Virus record (IMG/VR): IMGVR_UViG_3300045988_028961
Origin: a virus
Reading direction: 5' to 3' (one strand)
DNA length: 49,651 bases
How positions within the stretch are numbered: position 1 is the first letter of the stretch; every line of letters begins with the position of its first letter. Shown here piece by piece: positions 1 through 7,697 of the stretch. The notes below the pieces were generated by a model that saw only the letters and a list, made by a program, of their open reading frames with translations, had not been told where the DNA came from and did not search any database. Both the position numbers and the translations under genes were made by a program.

Positions 1-345
1 GCCACGGCAGGCAACTTCGGCGCAGCCACGGCAGGCGACAGAGGCGTAGCCACGGCAGGCGACAGAGGCGTAGCCACGGCAGGCAACAGCGGCGCAGCCA
101 CGGCAGGCAACAGCGGCGCAGCCACATCGAGAGGCTCTGTTTCCGTCGGCGAGAATGGCTGCGGCCTTGTTCGCGGCAACGGCGTGAAAATTAAGGGTGG
201 TTTTGGTGCTGTGCTGCTGATCTGTGAGGAAAACACGGACGATTGGGGCATCAAGGAATGGCAGGCGTTTGTCGTAGACGGCGTGGACATCAAGGCAGAC
301 ACTTGGTACAAGCTGGTGGACGGCAAGCTGGTGGAGGCTGAGTAA
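1..345 (+). CDS. C-terminal part of the wrap-around repeat protein (continuation of 49271..49651)
   Basis: Frame 1 is open from base 1 to TAA at 343-345. It starts inside 24-nt (8-aa) tandem units ATAGNFGA, ATAGDRGV x2 and ATAGNSGA x2, the same unit seen at 49607-49651. Confidence 0.75.
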   Translation, partial: ATAGNFGAATAGDRGVATAGDRGVATAGNSGAATAGNSGAATSRGSVSVGENGCGLVRGNGVKIKGGFGAVLLICEENTDDWGIKEWQAFVVDGVDIKADTWYKLVDGKLVEAE

Positions 346-608
346 TGGGTAAGCAACATCTATCCCGCGATGAGCGGCTGATACAGCAAGGGCGCCTGAA
401 AGGTACGCAGGAGTGCATGGACATGGTGGCGATGGTGCTGATGGACAAGTGCGGCTGGCATGTGCAGGAGCAGACTGAGGACTGTCGGGACACGCAGAGC
501 ATTGCGTATCTATACGAGTGTCTGACGCAGATCGCGCAGGAGATCAACGATGGCCGTATCCGTCGGCGGCATATCAAGGATATGCTCAAATATGATCTAC
601 ACCAATGA
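345..608 (+). CDS. hypothetical small protein (87 aa)
   Basis: The ATG overlaps the preceding TAA (TAATG coupling). No domain recognised. Confidence 0.5.
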   Translation: MGKQHLSRDERLIQQGRLKGTQECMDMVAMVLMDKCGWHVQEQTEDCRDTQSIAYLYECLTQIAQEINDGRIRRRHIKDMLKYDLHQ

Positions 609-1665
609 CCCGATAGCGCCGGAGCGGGCCAAAACCCTGCTGGCGCTGCCGCTGGAAGATAAGATTGTCACCTCGTGGGAGAAGATCGACCAGTGGTATA
701 CTGCGTGGGGCGGGCAGTGCTACGTCTCGTTCAGCGGCGGCAAGGATTCCACCGTACTGGCGTATCTGACGGCGCGGTATCTGGCAAGCTTCCGGACGCC
801 GCCGTGGCCGCTGAATCTGGTGTTTGTGAACACGGGGCTGGAATATCCAGAAATCCAGCGGTTTGTCAACGAGTACGCCGACTGGCTGCGGAAGGAGTTC
901 CCGCACATCACCGTGAATCTGGTGCGCCTGCGACCAAAAATGAACATCACGCAGGTGGTGACGAAGTACGGGTACAGCATCGTGAGCAAAGAGGTGGCCA
1001 ACTGCGTGTGGCTGGCCCGCAAGAGCAAAAACGAAAGTAGGATGGCAAGGTTACGGGGCGAGATGCTGGACAAGGCCGGGAACAAGAGCGTCTGGAACTG
1101 CGACAACTGGTCGTTTCTGTTAGATGCACCGTTTCAGATCTCCTCGGAGTGCTGCCGGGTCATGAAGAAAAGCACCGCACACGCCTACGAGAGAAAAGCC
1201 CACGAAAAGCCGATGGTGGCGACGATGGCTACCGAAGGACGGCAGCGGATGCAGAGGTGGATGGTGACTGGCTGCAATGCGTTTGAGGGCAAACGGCCTA
1301 TAGGCAAGCCTATGAGTTTCTGGACGGAGCAGGACGTGCTTCACTTTCTTGTTGACCGCCAGATACCCTATTGCGGCGTATACGGCGACATCGTAGCCAG
1401 CGACGGCGAGAACGACTACGACACTACGTTGGTGGACTGCCCGTTGCATTGCACGGGGTGCCAGCGCACGGGCTGTATGTTCTGCGGATTTGGGGCGCAC
1501 TTGGAAAAAGGCGTCAACCGATTCCAACGGATGAAAGAAACGCACCCAAAACATTACCGTTTTTGCATCGGCGGCGGGGCGTTCGACACGGACGGTCTGT
1601 GGAAGCCCACCAAGGACGGGCTGGGCTATGCGCGGGTGCTGGACTACATTGGAGTGAAATACTGA
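592..1665 (+). CDS. PAPS-reductase / DndC-IbrA-like PP-loop family protein
   Basis: PP-loop motif SFSGGKDSTV and a C-terminal Cys cluster CPLHCTGCQRTGCMFCGFG. The start is uncertain: ATG 592 (MIYTNDP) or ATG 550. Confidence 0.8.
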   Translation: MIYTNDPIAPERAKTLLALPLEDKIVTSWEKIDQWYTAWGGQCYVSFSGGKDSTVLAYLTARYLASFRTPPWPLNLVFVNTGLEYPEIQRFVNEYADWLRKEFPHITVNLVRLRPKMNITQVVTKYGYSIVSKEVANCVWLARKSKNESRMARLRGEMLDKAGNKSVWNCDNWSFLLDAPFQISSECCRVMKKSTAHAYERKAHEKPMVATMATEGRQRMQRWMVTGCNAFEGKRPIGKPMSFWTEQDVLHFLVDRQIPYCGVYGDIVASDGENDYDTTLVDCPLHCTGCQRTGCMFCGFGAHLEKGVNRFQRMKETHPKHYRFCIGGGAFDTDGLWKPTKDGLGYARVLDYIGVKY

Positions 1666-1679
1666 GAGGAGGAAGTGGC

Positions 1680-2127
1680 GTGAACACAGAAACTATGTTT
1701 TCCAGCGACAAAAACTACTGGGAGACGCCGCAAAGGTTGTTTGACGAGCTGGACGCGGAATTCCATTTTACGCTGGATGCCGCCGCCATCGACGAGAACC
1801 ACAAGTGCGAGAGGTACTTCACAGAGAAAGAAAACGGCTTGCGGCAAAACTGGGGGGGGTGAAACGGTGTTCTGCAACCCGCCGTATGGCAACAAAGAGA
1901 CAGGGCTATGGACGGAAAAATGCTACGCGGAAGCACAGAAGCCGGGAACAACGGTGGTACTGCTGATCCCCGCCCGAACAGACCGTGCCAGTTTCCATGA
2001 TTACATATTGGGCAACGCTGAAATACGCTTTCTACGCGGCAGACTGAACTTTGAACTGGACGGTCAGCCTATGGGACCTGCGCCGTTTCCCAGTATGGTT
2101 GTGATTTGGAGGGGAGGAAGCATATGA
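1680..2127 (+). pseudogene. Phage Dam-type N6-adenine DNA methyltransferase split by a frameshift at a G8 homopolymer
   Basis: The N-terminal part reads ...KNYWETPQRLFDELDAEFHFTLDAAA...NWGG and ends at TGA 1860-1862. The C-terminal part, in the next frame, reads ETVFCNPPYG... and runs to 2127. The junction is tGGGGGGGGt at 1852-1859; removing one G gives NWGGETVFCNPPYG in one frame. Confidence 0.75.
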
Positions 2128-2864
2128 CACGAGATGAAATCGTGACCGCGCTGCGGTGCTGTGCAGAACCGGGGCGAGACTGCAAAGAAGATTGCCCAAT
2201 GAACGAGATAAGCCGTGAACCGTGTCGTGAAATATTGGCTCCGGCCGCTGCTGATCTGATTGAGAACCAGCAGTGGGAAATAGAGGCGCTGAAATCTGCT
2301 CTGCATGAAATGGCTACTGACCTTGTGGCGTGGGGAAGAGTTGATTATTGGCTTTGCGACGATGTACCGACGAAACTGCACATGAAGCACCAGCCGAAAA
2401 ACGACGGAAATTACGAAAATGAACCGTGTGTCGAATGTGTGAAAGAATATTATTTGCAGAAAGCGAATAACAACCCCTCCGTCACCTTCGGTGCCACCTC
2501 CCCTTACACAGGAGAGGCAAGGGCTGTCGAGGACGCCAGCCCCTACGCAGCGACCGCCGAAGCCCCGGACGGTGACGAAATCTGCCGTGCGGCGCTGGAT
2601 ACGTTTGGCGAAGCGGTGCAGATCACAATGGTTTTCGAGGAGATGGCAGAGTTGCAGGACGTGCTGTGCAAATTCCTGCGCGGGCGTGTGGAGGACGATA
2701 CGCGCACCCACATTGCAGAGGAGATCGCCGACGTGGAGATCATGCTTCAGCAAATGGTGATGCTGTTCGACTGCGCGGGACAGGTGGAAGGATTCCGCTG
2801 GTACAAGCTGGAGCGGCTGGCGGGGCGGATCGAGGAGAAGAAAAATGGAAAAGAAAATACTTGA
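2124..2864 (+). CDS. Two-domain protein with a C-terminal MazG-like nucleotide pyrophosphohydrolase domain
   Basis: EEMAELQ ... EEIADVEIML motif pair typical of MazG-like all-alpha NTP-PPases. Cys-rich N-terminal region. ATGA overlap with the Dam stop; RBS GGAGGGGAGGAAG upstream. Confidence 0.6.
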   Translation: MTRDEIVTALRCCAEPGRDCKEDCPMNEISREPCREILAPAAADLIENQQWEIEALKSALHEMATDLVAWGRVDYWLCDDVPTKLHMKHQPKNDGNYENEPCVECVKEYYLQKANNNPSVTFGATSPYTGEARAVEDASPYAATAEAPDGDEICRAALDTFGEAVQITMVFEEMAELQDVLCKFLRGRVEDDTRTHIAEEIADVEIMLQQMVMLFDCAGQVEGFRWYKLERLAGRIEEKKNGKENT

Positions 2865-3354
2865 CGTGACGTGTGGGTCAAGAACGATATGGTTTGATAA
2901 ACAGCATCCGGCGGCGGTGTACTGCGATGTCCGCGATGAAGAATGTTCTGCGGTCTGGTCAAGCACCAAGCATGATTCTGAGCGAAAATGCATCATTCAC
3001 CCGGACATTCAGTGCGATTTTACGGATCTCCCGTTTCCGGAAAACACGTTCTCTCTCGTTGTTTTTGACCCGCCACACCTGCGCCGCATAGGCGAAAACG
3101 CATGGATGAGGAAAAAATACGGACAGCTTGGAGAAAACTGGCCGGAAATGCTGCATGATGGGTTCCAAGAGTGTATGCGCGTTCTCAAGCCGGATGGTGT
3201 ACTTGTTTTCAAATGGGCCGAAACGCAGATACCTGCGGGAGAAGTGTGGAAAGCGCTCGGACAAAAGCCTCTTTTCGGGCACCACAGCGGAAAGAAATCG
3301 CAAACCTTCTGGGGATGCTTTATGAAATTGGAGGGCGGCTATGGATGCGGTTAA
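2845..3354 (+). CDS. Small SAM-dependent (probably DNA) methyltransferase
   Basis: Motif I-like ILDVTCGS and motif IV-like VVFDPPH. 169 aa. Confidence 0.65.
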   Translation: MEKKILDVTCGSRTIWFDKQHPAAVYCDVRDEECSAVWSSTKHDSERKCIIHPDIQCDFTDLPFPENTFSLVVFDPPHLRRIGENAWMRKKYGQLGENWPEMLHDGFQECMRVLKPDGVLVFKWAETQIPAGEVWKALGQKPLFGHHSGKKSQTFWGCFMKLEGGYGCG

Positions 3355-3655
3355 GTTTATCGAGGAGCGGAACCGGATGTGCGGTACTATGAGCGAGGTG
3401 TGGGGCGTGGATGCCGAGCAAATCGTGAAGAACACCGAGAAATGGGCTGCCGCGCATCCCCGCAAGACACGGCAGAGCGTGTTTTTGGAGCAGTGGCCGG
3501 ATGCTAAACTCGACGAAGAAAGCATCGTTGCTATTTGTCCCGCAGTATTATCTAAGGCATATCGTATGTATAGCGGAGAAAAATGCCCAACTACAATAAC
3601 GCCAAAGATTTGCGCTGATTGCCGCCGTGAGTTCTGGAGTCAGGAGGTAGAGTGA
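3341..3655 (+). CDS. hypothetical protein (104 aa)
   Basis: Overlaps neighbouring genes at both ends. C-terminal CxxC (CADCRREFW). Confidence 0.5.
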   Translation: MDAVKFIEERNRMCGTMSEVWGVDAEQIVKNTEKWAAAHPRKTRQSVFLEQWPDAKLDEESIVAICPAVLSKAYRMYSGEKCPTTITPKICADCRREFWSQEVE

Positions 3656-4086
3656 TGGCGAAATACATTGACCAGTCCGCAGCGATTGCACGGCTGACCC
3701 ATCTGGAAGTGACAAAGCCAACGGCTACCATGACGGATGCCAAGCGTGCGCTGGCGGATATGTTTCCGGCTGACGTGGTCGAGGTTGTTCGATGCATGCA
3801 ATGCAGGCGATATCAATTGGGGGCCTGCCAGAAAATCTACTCGGATGGGAACATGAATAAAGACGCGTGGCAATGGCGTGAGCCTGATGACTTTTGCTCC
3901 TACGGAAGGAGAGATATTTCCAGCGGTGGGATCGGCAAACAAGCTGCGCAAAAGTGGATTTTTAACGGTTGCGCAACAAAGTGCCCGCATTGTGGGGCGT
4001 CTTTTGAAATTGCACAAATGGACGATGGATTAGAGTTGCTGCATTGTCCAGTATGCGGGAAAAGAGTAGGAGGTGAAGCCAAATAA
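3655..4086 (+). CDS. hypothetical protein with a C-terminal zinc ribbon
   Basis: AGGAGG lies 7 nt upstream of ATG 3655. Motif CPHCG...17 aa...CPVCG. Confidence 0.5.
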   Translation: MAKYIDQSAAIARLTHLEVTKPTATMTDAKRALADMFPADVVEVVRCMQCRRYQLGACQKIYSDGNMNKDAWQWREPDDFCSYGRRDISSGGIGKQAAQKWIFNGCATKCPHCGASFEIAQMDDGLELLHCPVCGKRVGGEAK

Positions 4087-4133
4087 AACGACGAAACCCA
4101 ACGACAAATGACCGCATTATTGCCGCCGGGTGC

Positions 4134-4676
4134 GTGTTACTTCTACTTGCGGCGGCATTGCTCGTGCTGACCGGTTTTTTTGCAAAGGAGCCAGAGCGGG
4201 AAGAACGCACGATCCTGGTGATCGAGGGCGGCCCGCACGAAGAAGCATACGAAGACCCCGACGAAGCGGAGAAGAGCGCGGAGGCGGTAATTGCCGCCAT
4301 CGGAACAGACCGCGAGATTGAGACCTTCGGCTACAACGTGACAAAGGTACTTCAGACCGTCACAGCAGAGGCGGGAAACGACACCGACCAGTGCCGTGGA
4401 ATTGTACAAGCCTTATTCAACGCCTGCAACCGCCACAGGAACCGCTACACGCCGGAGGACGTATGCAGGGAGTATCAGTATACTACCCCGGCAAGCTGGG
4501 TGTCTGACGCGGCATTAAATGCCTTTTGTAAGGTGTTTGTATACGGCGATATGTTTACCGACATCGGCAATGCGACGGTGTTCTACAATCCACAGATAGC
4601 CGGACATAGCGAATATCACGAAGGGCAGATTTACGTTTGCAGCATTGGAGATGTGAAATACTTCGAGGAGGTTTGA
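4134..4676 (+). CDS. Membrane-anchored protein, possible SleB-like cell-wall hydrolase domain
   Basis: N-terminal hydrophobic helix LLLLAAALLVLTGFF. The C-terminal pattern AEAGN...ALFNACNR...ATVFYNP...IG..KYF resembles the Hydrolase_2/SleB family, judged from memory only. GTG start. Confidence 0.4.
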   Translation: MLLLLAAALLVLTGFFAKEPEREERTILVIEGGPHEEAYEDPDEAEKSAEAVIAAIGTDREIETFGYNVTKVLQTVTAEAGNDTDQCRGIVQALFNACNRHRNRYTPEDVCREYQYTTPASWVSDAALNAFCKVFVYGDMFTDIGNATVFYNPQIAGHSEYHEGQIYVCSIGDVKYFEEV

Positions 4677-4754
4677 AAAGTTCTAAATTAGAATAACTAC
4701 TTTAGAAAATCCGCGTTTTTGCACTATGAACGTTGCGAAAAGTGTGGTACAATA

Positions 4755-5535
4755 GTCATGGGGACGTGCATACCCCATGACACCTCCTATTCATCATCTT
4801 GCTTGCATTCATTTTTCATTCTCCTTTCTGTGGACCGTCGTTGCACGGCGGCGGGCACACACGGCATTGTAGCTCAATGGGGAAGAGCGCACGGCGGGGA
4901 AACGCCGTCGATGGTCGTTGCAGGTTCGAGTCCTGCCAATGCCTCAATACCGGCTTTCACGGTATCGTTTTCCTTTCGACCGCTTACCCGCCAGCGGTAT
5001 ATGACGGGTATCTGCCGGACTGCGTGAGCTACCCCACGATCAGGGGCGAGAGGTCGCACCTCCCATCCGGCACCAAGGAGTGAAGCTTGACAGGAAACGG
5101 TGGAGTGTGCCGACACTTAGAAAACGGCTGGGCAATGCGGAGCCTGTAGAGACGGAAACCGCGACGAAAAAAGTGGTGCGGCACTACCGTGGGCAAGTGG
5201 CATAGCGTCCCGTCTGAAAGTGTGCCAGAACATTGAAGCGGCAGGCGCTCCGCCATGCGTTTGCCGTGAAGTTCCGAAGGGTTGTGCGTATTCCTCAAGG
5301 CGGATAGGCGAGAGCCGAAAGAAAACGCACCATTGCCGCTTTATCCGTGTATTGAGCGGCTAAAAATAACACGGTTGCCAATAGACGTGCCGCCCGTCCG
5401 GCGTAAAAGGCGGCTTGCACAGCATATCAGGGATAGCCCGACGGGGTGAAAAGCGGCCATTTCCTGCCTTTTGGCCGCTTCCCTGAATATAAAAAAGGCA
5501 GCATAACGATGTTCACACTTTAAATTTTTATATAA
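4755..5535 (+). ncRNA. Candidate large structured non-coding RNA (ROOL/GOLLD-class context); boundaries approximate
   Basis: ~0.86 kb without a credible ORF in a tightly packed genome. Extended -10 TGgTACAAT at 4745-4753. Many GC helices with GAAA-type loops and long-range complementarity (5131-5143 with 5247-5265). Contains a tRNA-like element. Confidence 0.45.
4863..4944 (+). tRNA. tRNA-like element with a non-canonical anticodon arm (identity undetermined)
   Basis: 7-bp acceptor GGCATTG/CAATGCC. D arm GCTC-AATGGGGAA-GAGC. T arm GCAGG-TTCGAGT-CCTGC. The anticodon position is a 6-bp stem ACGGCG/CGCCGT closed by a GGGAAA hexaloop (no U33, no 7-nt loop). 11-nt variable region. Confidence 0.45.
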
Positions 5536-5549
5536 AGGCAGGGATGCAC

Positions 5550-6311
5550 ATGAACGAACTGATGATTTTCAACAATCCGGAGTTTGGCGAGATTCGCACG
5601 ATGGAAGAGGACGGAGGCGTTCTTTTCTGCGGGAACGATGTTGCCAAAGCACTTGGTTACAAGAGCCCGAAAGATGCAGTTTCTACACACTGCCGTGGGG
5701 CGGTGAAACGCCGCCTCACCGATTCTTTGGGTAGAGAGCAAGATACGGCATTTATTCCCGAAAGCGATTTGTACAGGCTGGTGTTTAGTTCAAAGCTGCC
5801 AGCGGCGGAAAAGTTCACCGATTGGGTGACAAAGGATGTTTTGCCTACGATCCGCAAGACCGGCGGCTATTCGCTGCCGAAGGACTATCCTTCCGCGCTC
5901 CGTGCTCTGGCTGATGCAGAAGAAAAGCGCCTGGCACTCGTTGCGGAGAACGAACGCCAAGCGCAAATGATCGCAGAGTTTGAGCCTATCCGCCAGTATG
6001 TGGACACCATTCTGGAAAGCACGGACGCGCTGGCGACTTCTCAGATCGCCGCCGACTACGGCATGAGCGCCCAGCAGCTGAATAAGATCCTCCGTGACGA
6101 AGGAATCCAGCACAAGGTCAACGGCCAATGGCTGCTTTACAAGAAGCACATGAACAAGGGCTACACCAAGAGCAAGACGATCAAGTTCAATCACTCTGAC
6201 GGTAGGCCTGATACAAAGCTTTCCACCCAGTGGACACAAAAGGGCCGTTTGATGATTCACAACATTCTGGAGAGCCGTGGTGTCGTGGCGATGATGGATA
6301 GAGCGTCGTAA
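5550..6311 (+). CDS. Phage antirepressor (Bro-N plus KilAC-type domains)
   Basis: N-terminal FNNPEFGEIRT...GNDVAKALGY...DLYRLVFSSKLP...FTDWV is Bro-N-like. The C-terminal half resembles the KilAC/ANT type. ATG 5544 is an alternative start. Confidence 0.8.
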   Translation: MNELMIFNNPEFGEIRTMEEDGGVLFCGNDVAKALGYKSPKDAVSTHCRGAVKRRLTDSLGREQDTAFIPESDLYRLVFSSKLPAAEKFTDWVTKDVLPTIRKTGGYSLPKDYPSALRALADAEEKRLALVAENERQAQMIAEFEPIRQYVDTILESTDALATSQIAADYGMSAQQLNKILRDEGIQHKVNGQWLLYKKHMNKGYTKSKTIKFNHSDGRPDTKLSTQWTQKGRLMIHNILESRGVVAMMDRAS

Positions 6312-6323
6312 GGGGGGCTGAAA

Positions 6324-6704
6324 ATGATCTTTTGGATTGCTGTTATTTTAACGGTTGCCGCAATTGTGCTCGGATGCTTGTTTGATGACCTGTTTCCGGT
6401 TTGGCTGGGAATCGGTCTCACCAGCTTTGTAGCTGCTGTAGTTATGCTTATCATTATTATTGCCAACAATGTTGCACCCGATGCTCAGATTGCGCGGTGT
6501 TATGCCCAATACGACTCCTTGGTTTATCAATATGAAAATGACGTTTACGACAATGACAACGATCTTGGTAAACGTGATCTGATGGAAGACATTGAGTCGT
6601 GGAATAAAGATCTTGCTTACTACAGAAAAGTCCAGCGGAACTTCTGGGTCGGTATCTTCTACCCGAACATTTACGACAGATTTGATTTTATCGAACTGCA
6701 ATGA
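6324..6704 (+). CDS. hypothetical membrane protein (two TM helices)
   Basis: IFWIAVILTVAAIVLGCLF and LTSFVAAVVMLIIIIA helices. RBS AAGGGGGG. Confidence 0.55.
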   Translation: MIFWIAVILTVAAIVLGCLFDDLFPVWLGIGLTSFVAAVVMLIIIIANNVAPDAQIARCYAQYDSLVYQYENDVYDNDNDLGKRDLMEDIESWNKDLAYYRKVQRNFWVGIFYPNIYDRFDFIELQ

Positions 6705-6735
6705 AGGGGAAGGAGTGCAAGGGGAGGAACGGAGA

Positions 6736-6966
6736 ATGACACTTTGCGGAAAAGACTGCACACCATGCTGTGACTTCTGCACCTACGCCAAGCACGGTAC
6801 GGTTGTAGTTGACGGTAAACGTGTAACCGCTGGTCCTATTGGCTGTAAGCTACATAAGGACAAAGAACACCAGGACATTGCCGATACCTGCGGATACTGT
6901 GATGACTTTCGTTGTTTCCAAAGTTTGGTGCCGACAGGCGACGACGGGAGAAAAAGATGCGAATAA
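6736..6966 (+). CDS. hypothetical Cys-rich small protein
   Basis: RBS GGGGAGGAACGGAG lies before ATG 6736. Motifs CGKDCTPCCDFC...CGYCDDFRC. Confidence 0.45.
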   Translation: MTLCGKDCTPCCDFCTYAKHGTVVVDGKRVTAGPIGCKLHKDKEHQDIADTCGYCDDFRCFQSLVPTGDDGRKRCE

Positions 6967-7121
6967 AAAGCGCTGAATCTTTTGGATTTTGCGATGTTTT
7001 TATTAAAGAACTCAACAAGACAGTGCCGTTATATGGCGTAATACAAGAAGTGCAGAGGTGCCCAAAGTGCGAAACGTGCTCCGTGAAAAGATTTTGCTGT
7101 ATTCCAGAAAACGTGTATTAG
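6957..7121 (+). CDS. hypothetical small protein
   Basis: Overlaps the previous stop. CPKCETC motif. Weak support. Confidence 0.3.
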   Translation: MRIKSAESFGFCDVFIKELNKTVPLYGVIQEVQRCPKCETCSVKRFCCIPENVY

Positions 7122-7259
7122 GAGCTTCTCCGTGTGGGAAAAGATTGTGTTACCTGTATCGTGAACGGTAAAACTGGTGAGTTTTACGTTGGGTTTATGA
7201 GCTTAATACAACGGTATAAACAAGATTGAAAATACGATCCAGGAAGGCGAGGTGAGCGT

Positions 7260-7697
7260 ATGCCGGCAGGAGCGCCAAGAAAATGGAAAAGCGTAAGCGC
7301 GATGCAAAAGGCGATTGACGCTTACTTCAAAGAGTGTGAGGGTGAGCCGTTTATCGGCGATGACGGTTGTGCTGTGCGAGATAAGTACGGCATACCGATT
7401 ATCATTAACGTAAAGCCGCCGACGATAACGGGACTTGCGTTAGCACTTGGATTTACAGGCAGACAAGCGCTGCTGGATTATCAGGCAAGGCCAGAATTCG
7501 CGGACACGGTTACGCGAGCAAAGGCCAGATGTGAAGAATACGCTGAATCTCGCCTTTATGACAAGGACGGGGCAAACGGTGCAAAATTTAGTTTGGGTTG
7601 TAATTTTGGATGGAACTCCGGCGAGGAAAGGCGCGGCGATCCTGCTGCGTTTGCGGCTTTGATTTCTGCAATAAAGGGCGGCAGCGATGCAACTTAA
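7260..7697 (+). CDS. terS: Terminase small subunit (gp3-like DNA-packaging protein)
   Basis: Sits directly upstream of, and overlapping, the large terminase. PPTITGLALALGFTGRQALLDY is an HTH-like segment typical of small terminases. Confidence 0.7.
   Translation: MPAGAPRKWKSVSAMQKAIDAYFKECEGEPFIGDDGCAVRDKYGIPIIINVKPPTITGLALALGFTGRQALLDYQARPEFADTVTRAKARCEEYAESRLYDKDGANGAKFSLGCNFGWNSGEERRGDPAAFAALISAIKGGSDAT

Noticed and set aside
1371-1679. Upstream 100 codons of track ORF 1371..1862
   Set aside because: This part lies out of frame inside the PAPS-reductase-like gene. The methyltransferase homology only starts after the RBS GAGAGGAGGAAG, at GTG 1680 or ATG 1695.
2064-2996. 310-aa minus-strand ORF antisense to the MazG-like gene
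   Set aside because: It has no RBS and a low-complexity, His/Arg-rich sequence. The + strand carries recognisable motifs and coupled starts.
4719-5298. Four overlapping 80-102-aa ORFs inside the large intergenic region
   Set aside because: They overlap one another on both strands, lack ribosome-binding sites, and are Cys/His/Arg-rich. One of them runs straight through the tRNA-like element.
7122-7259. Imperfect inverted repeat AACGGTAAAACT..AGTTTTACGTT upstream of terS, considered as a pac or cos site
   Set aside because: It is plausible but unsupported. It is a single bulged hairpin with no repeated terS-binding motifs that I could see, and it cannot be told apart from an mRNA structure by sequence alone.
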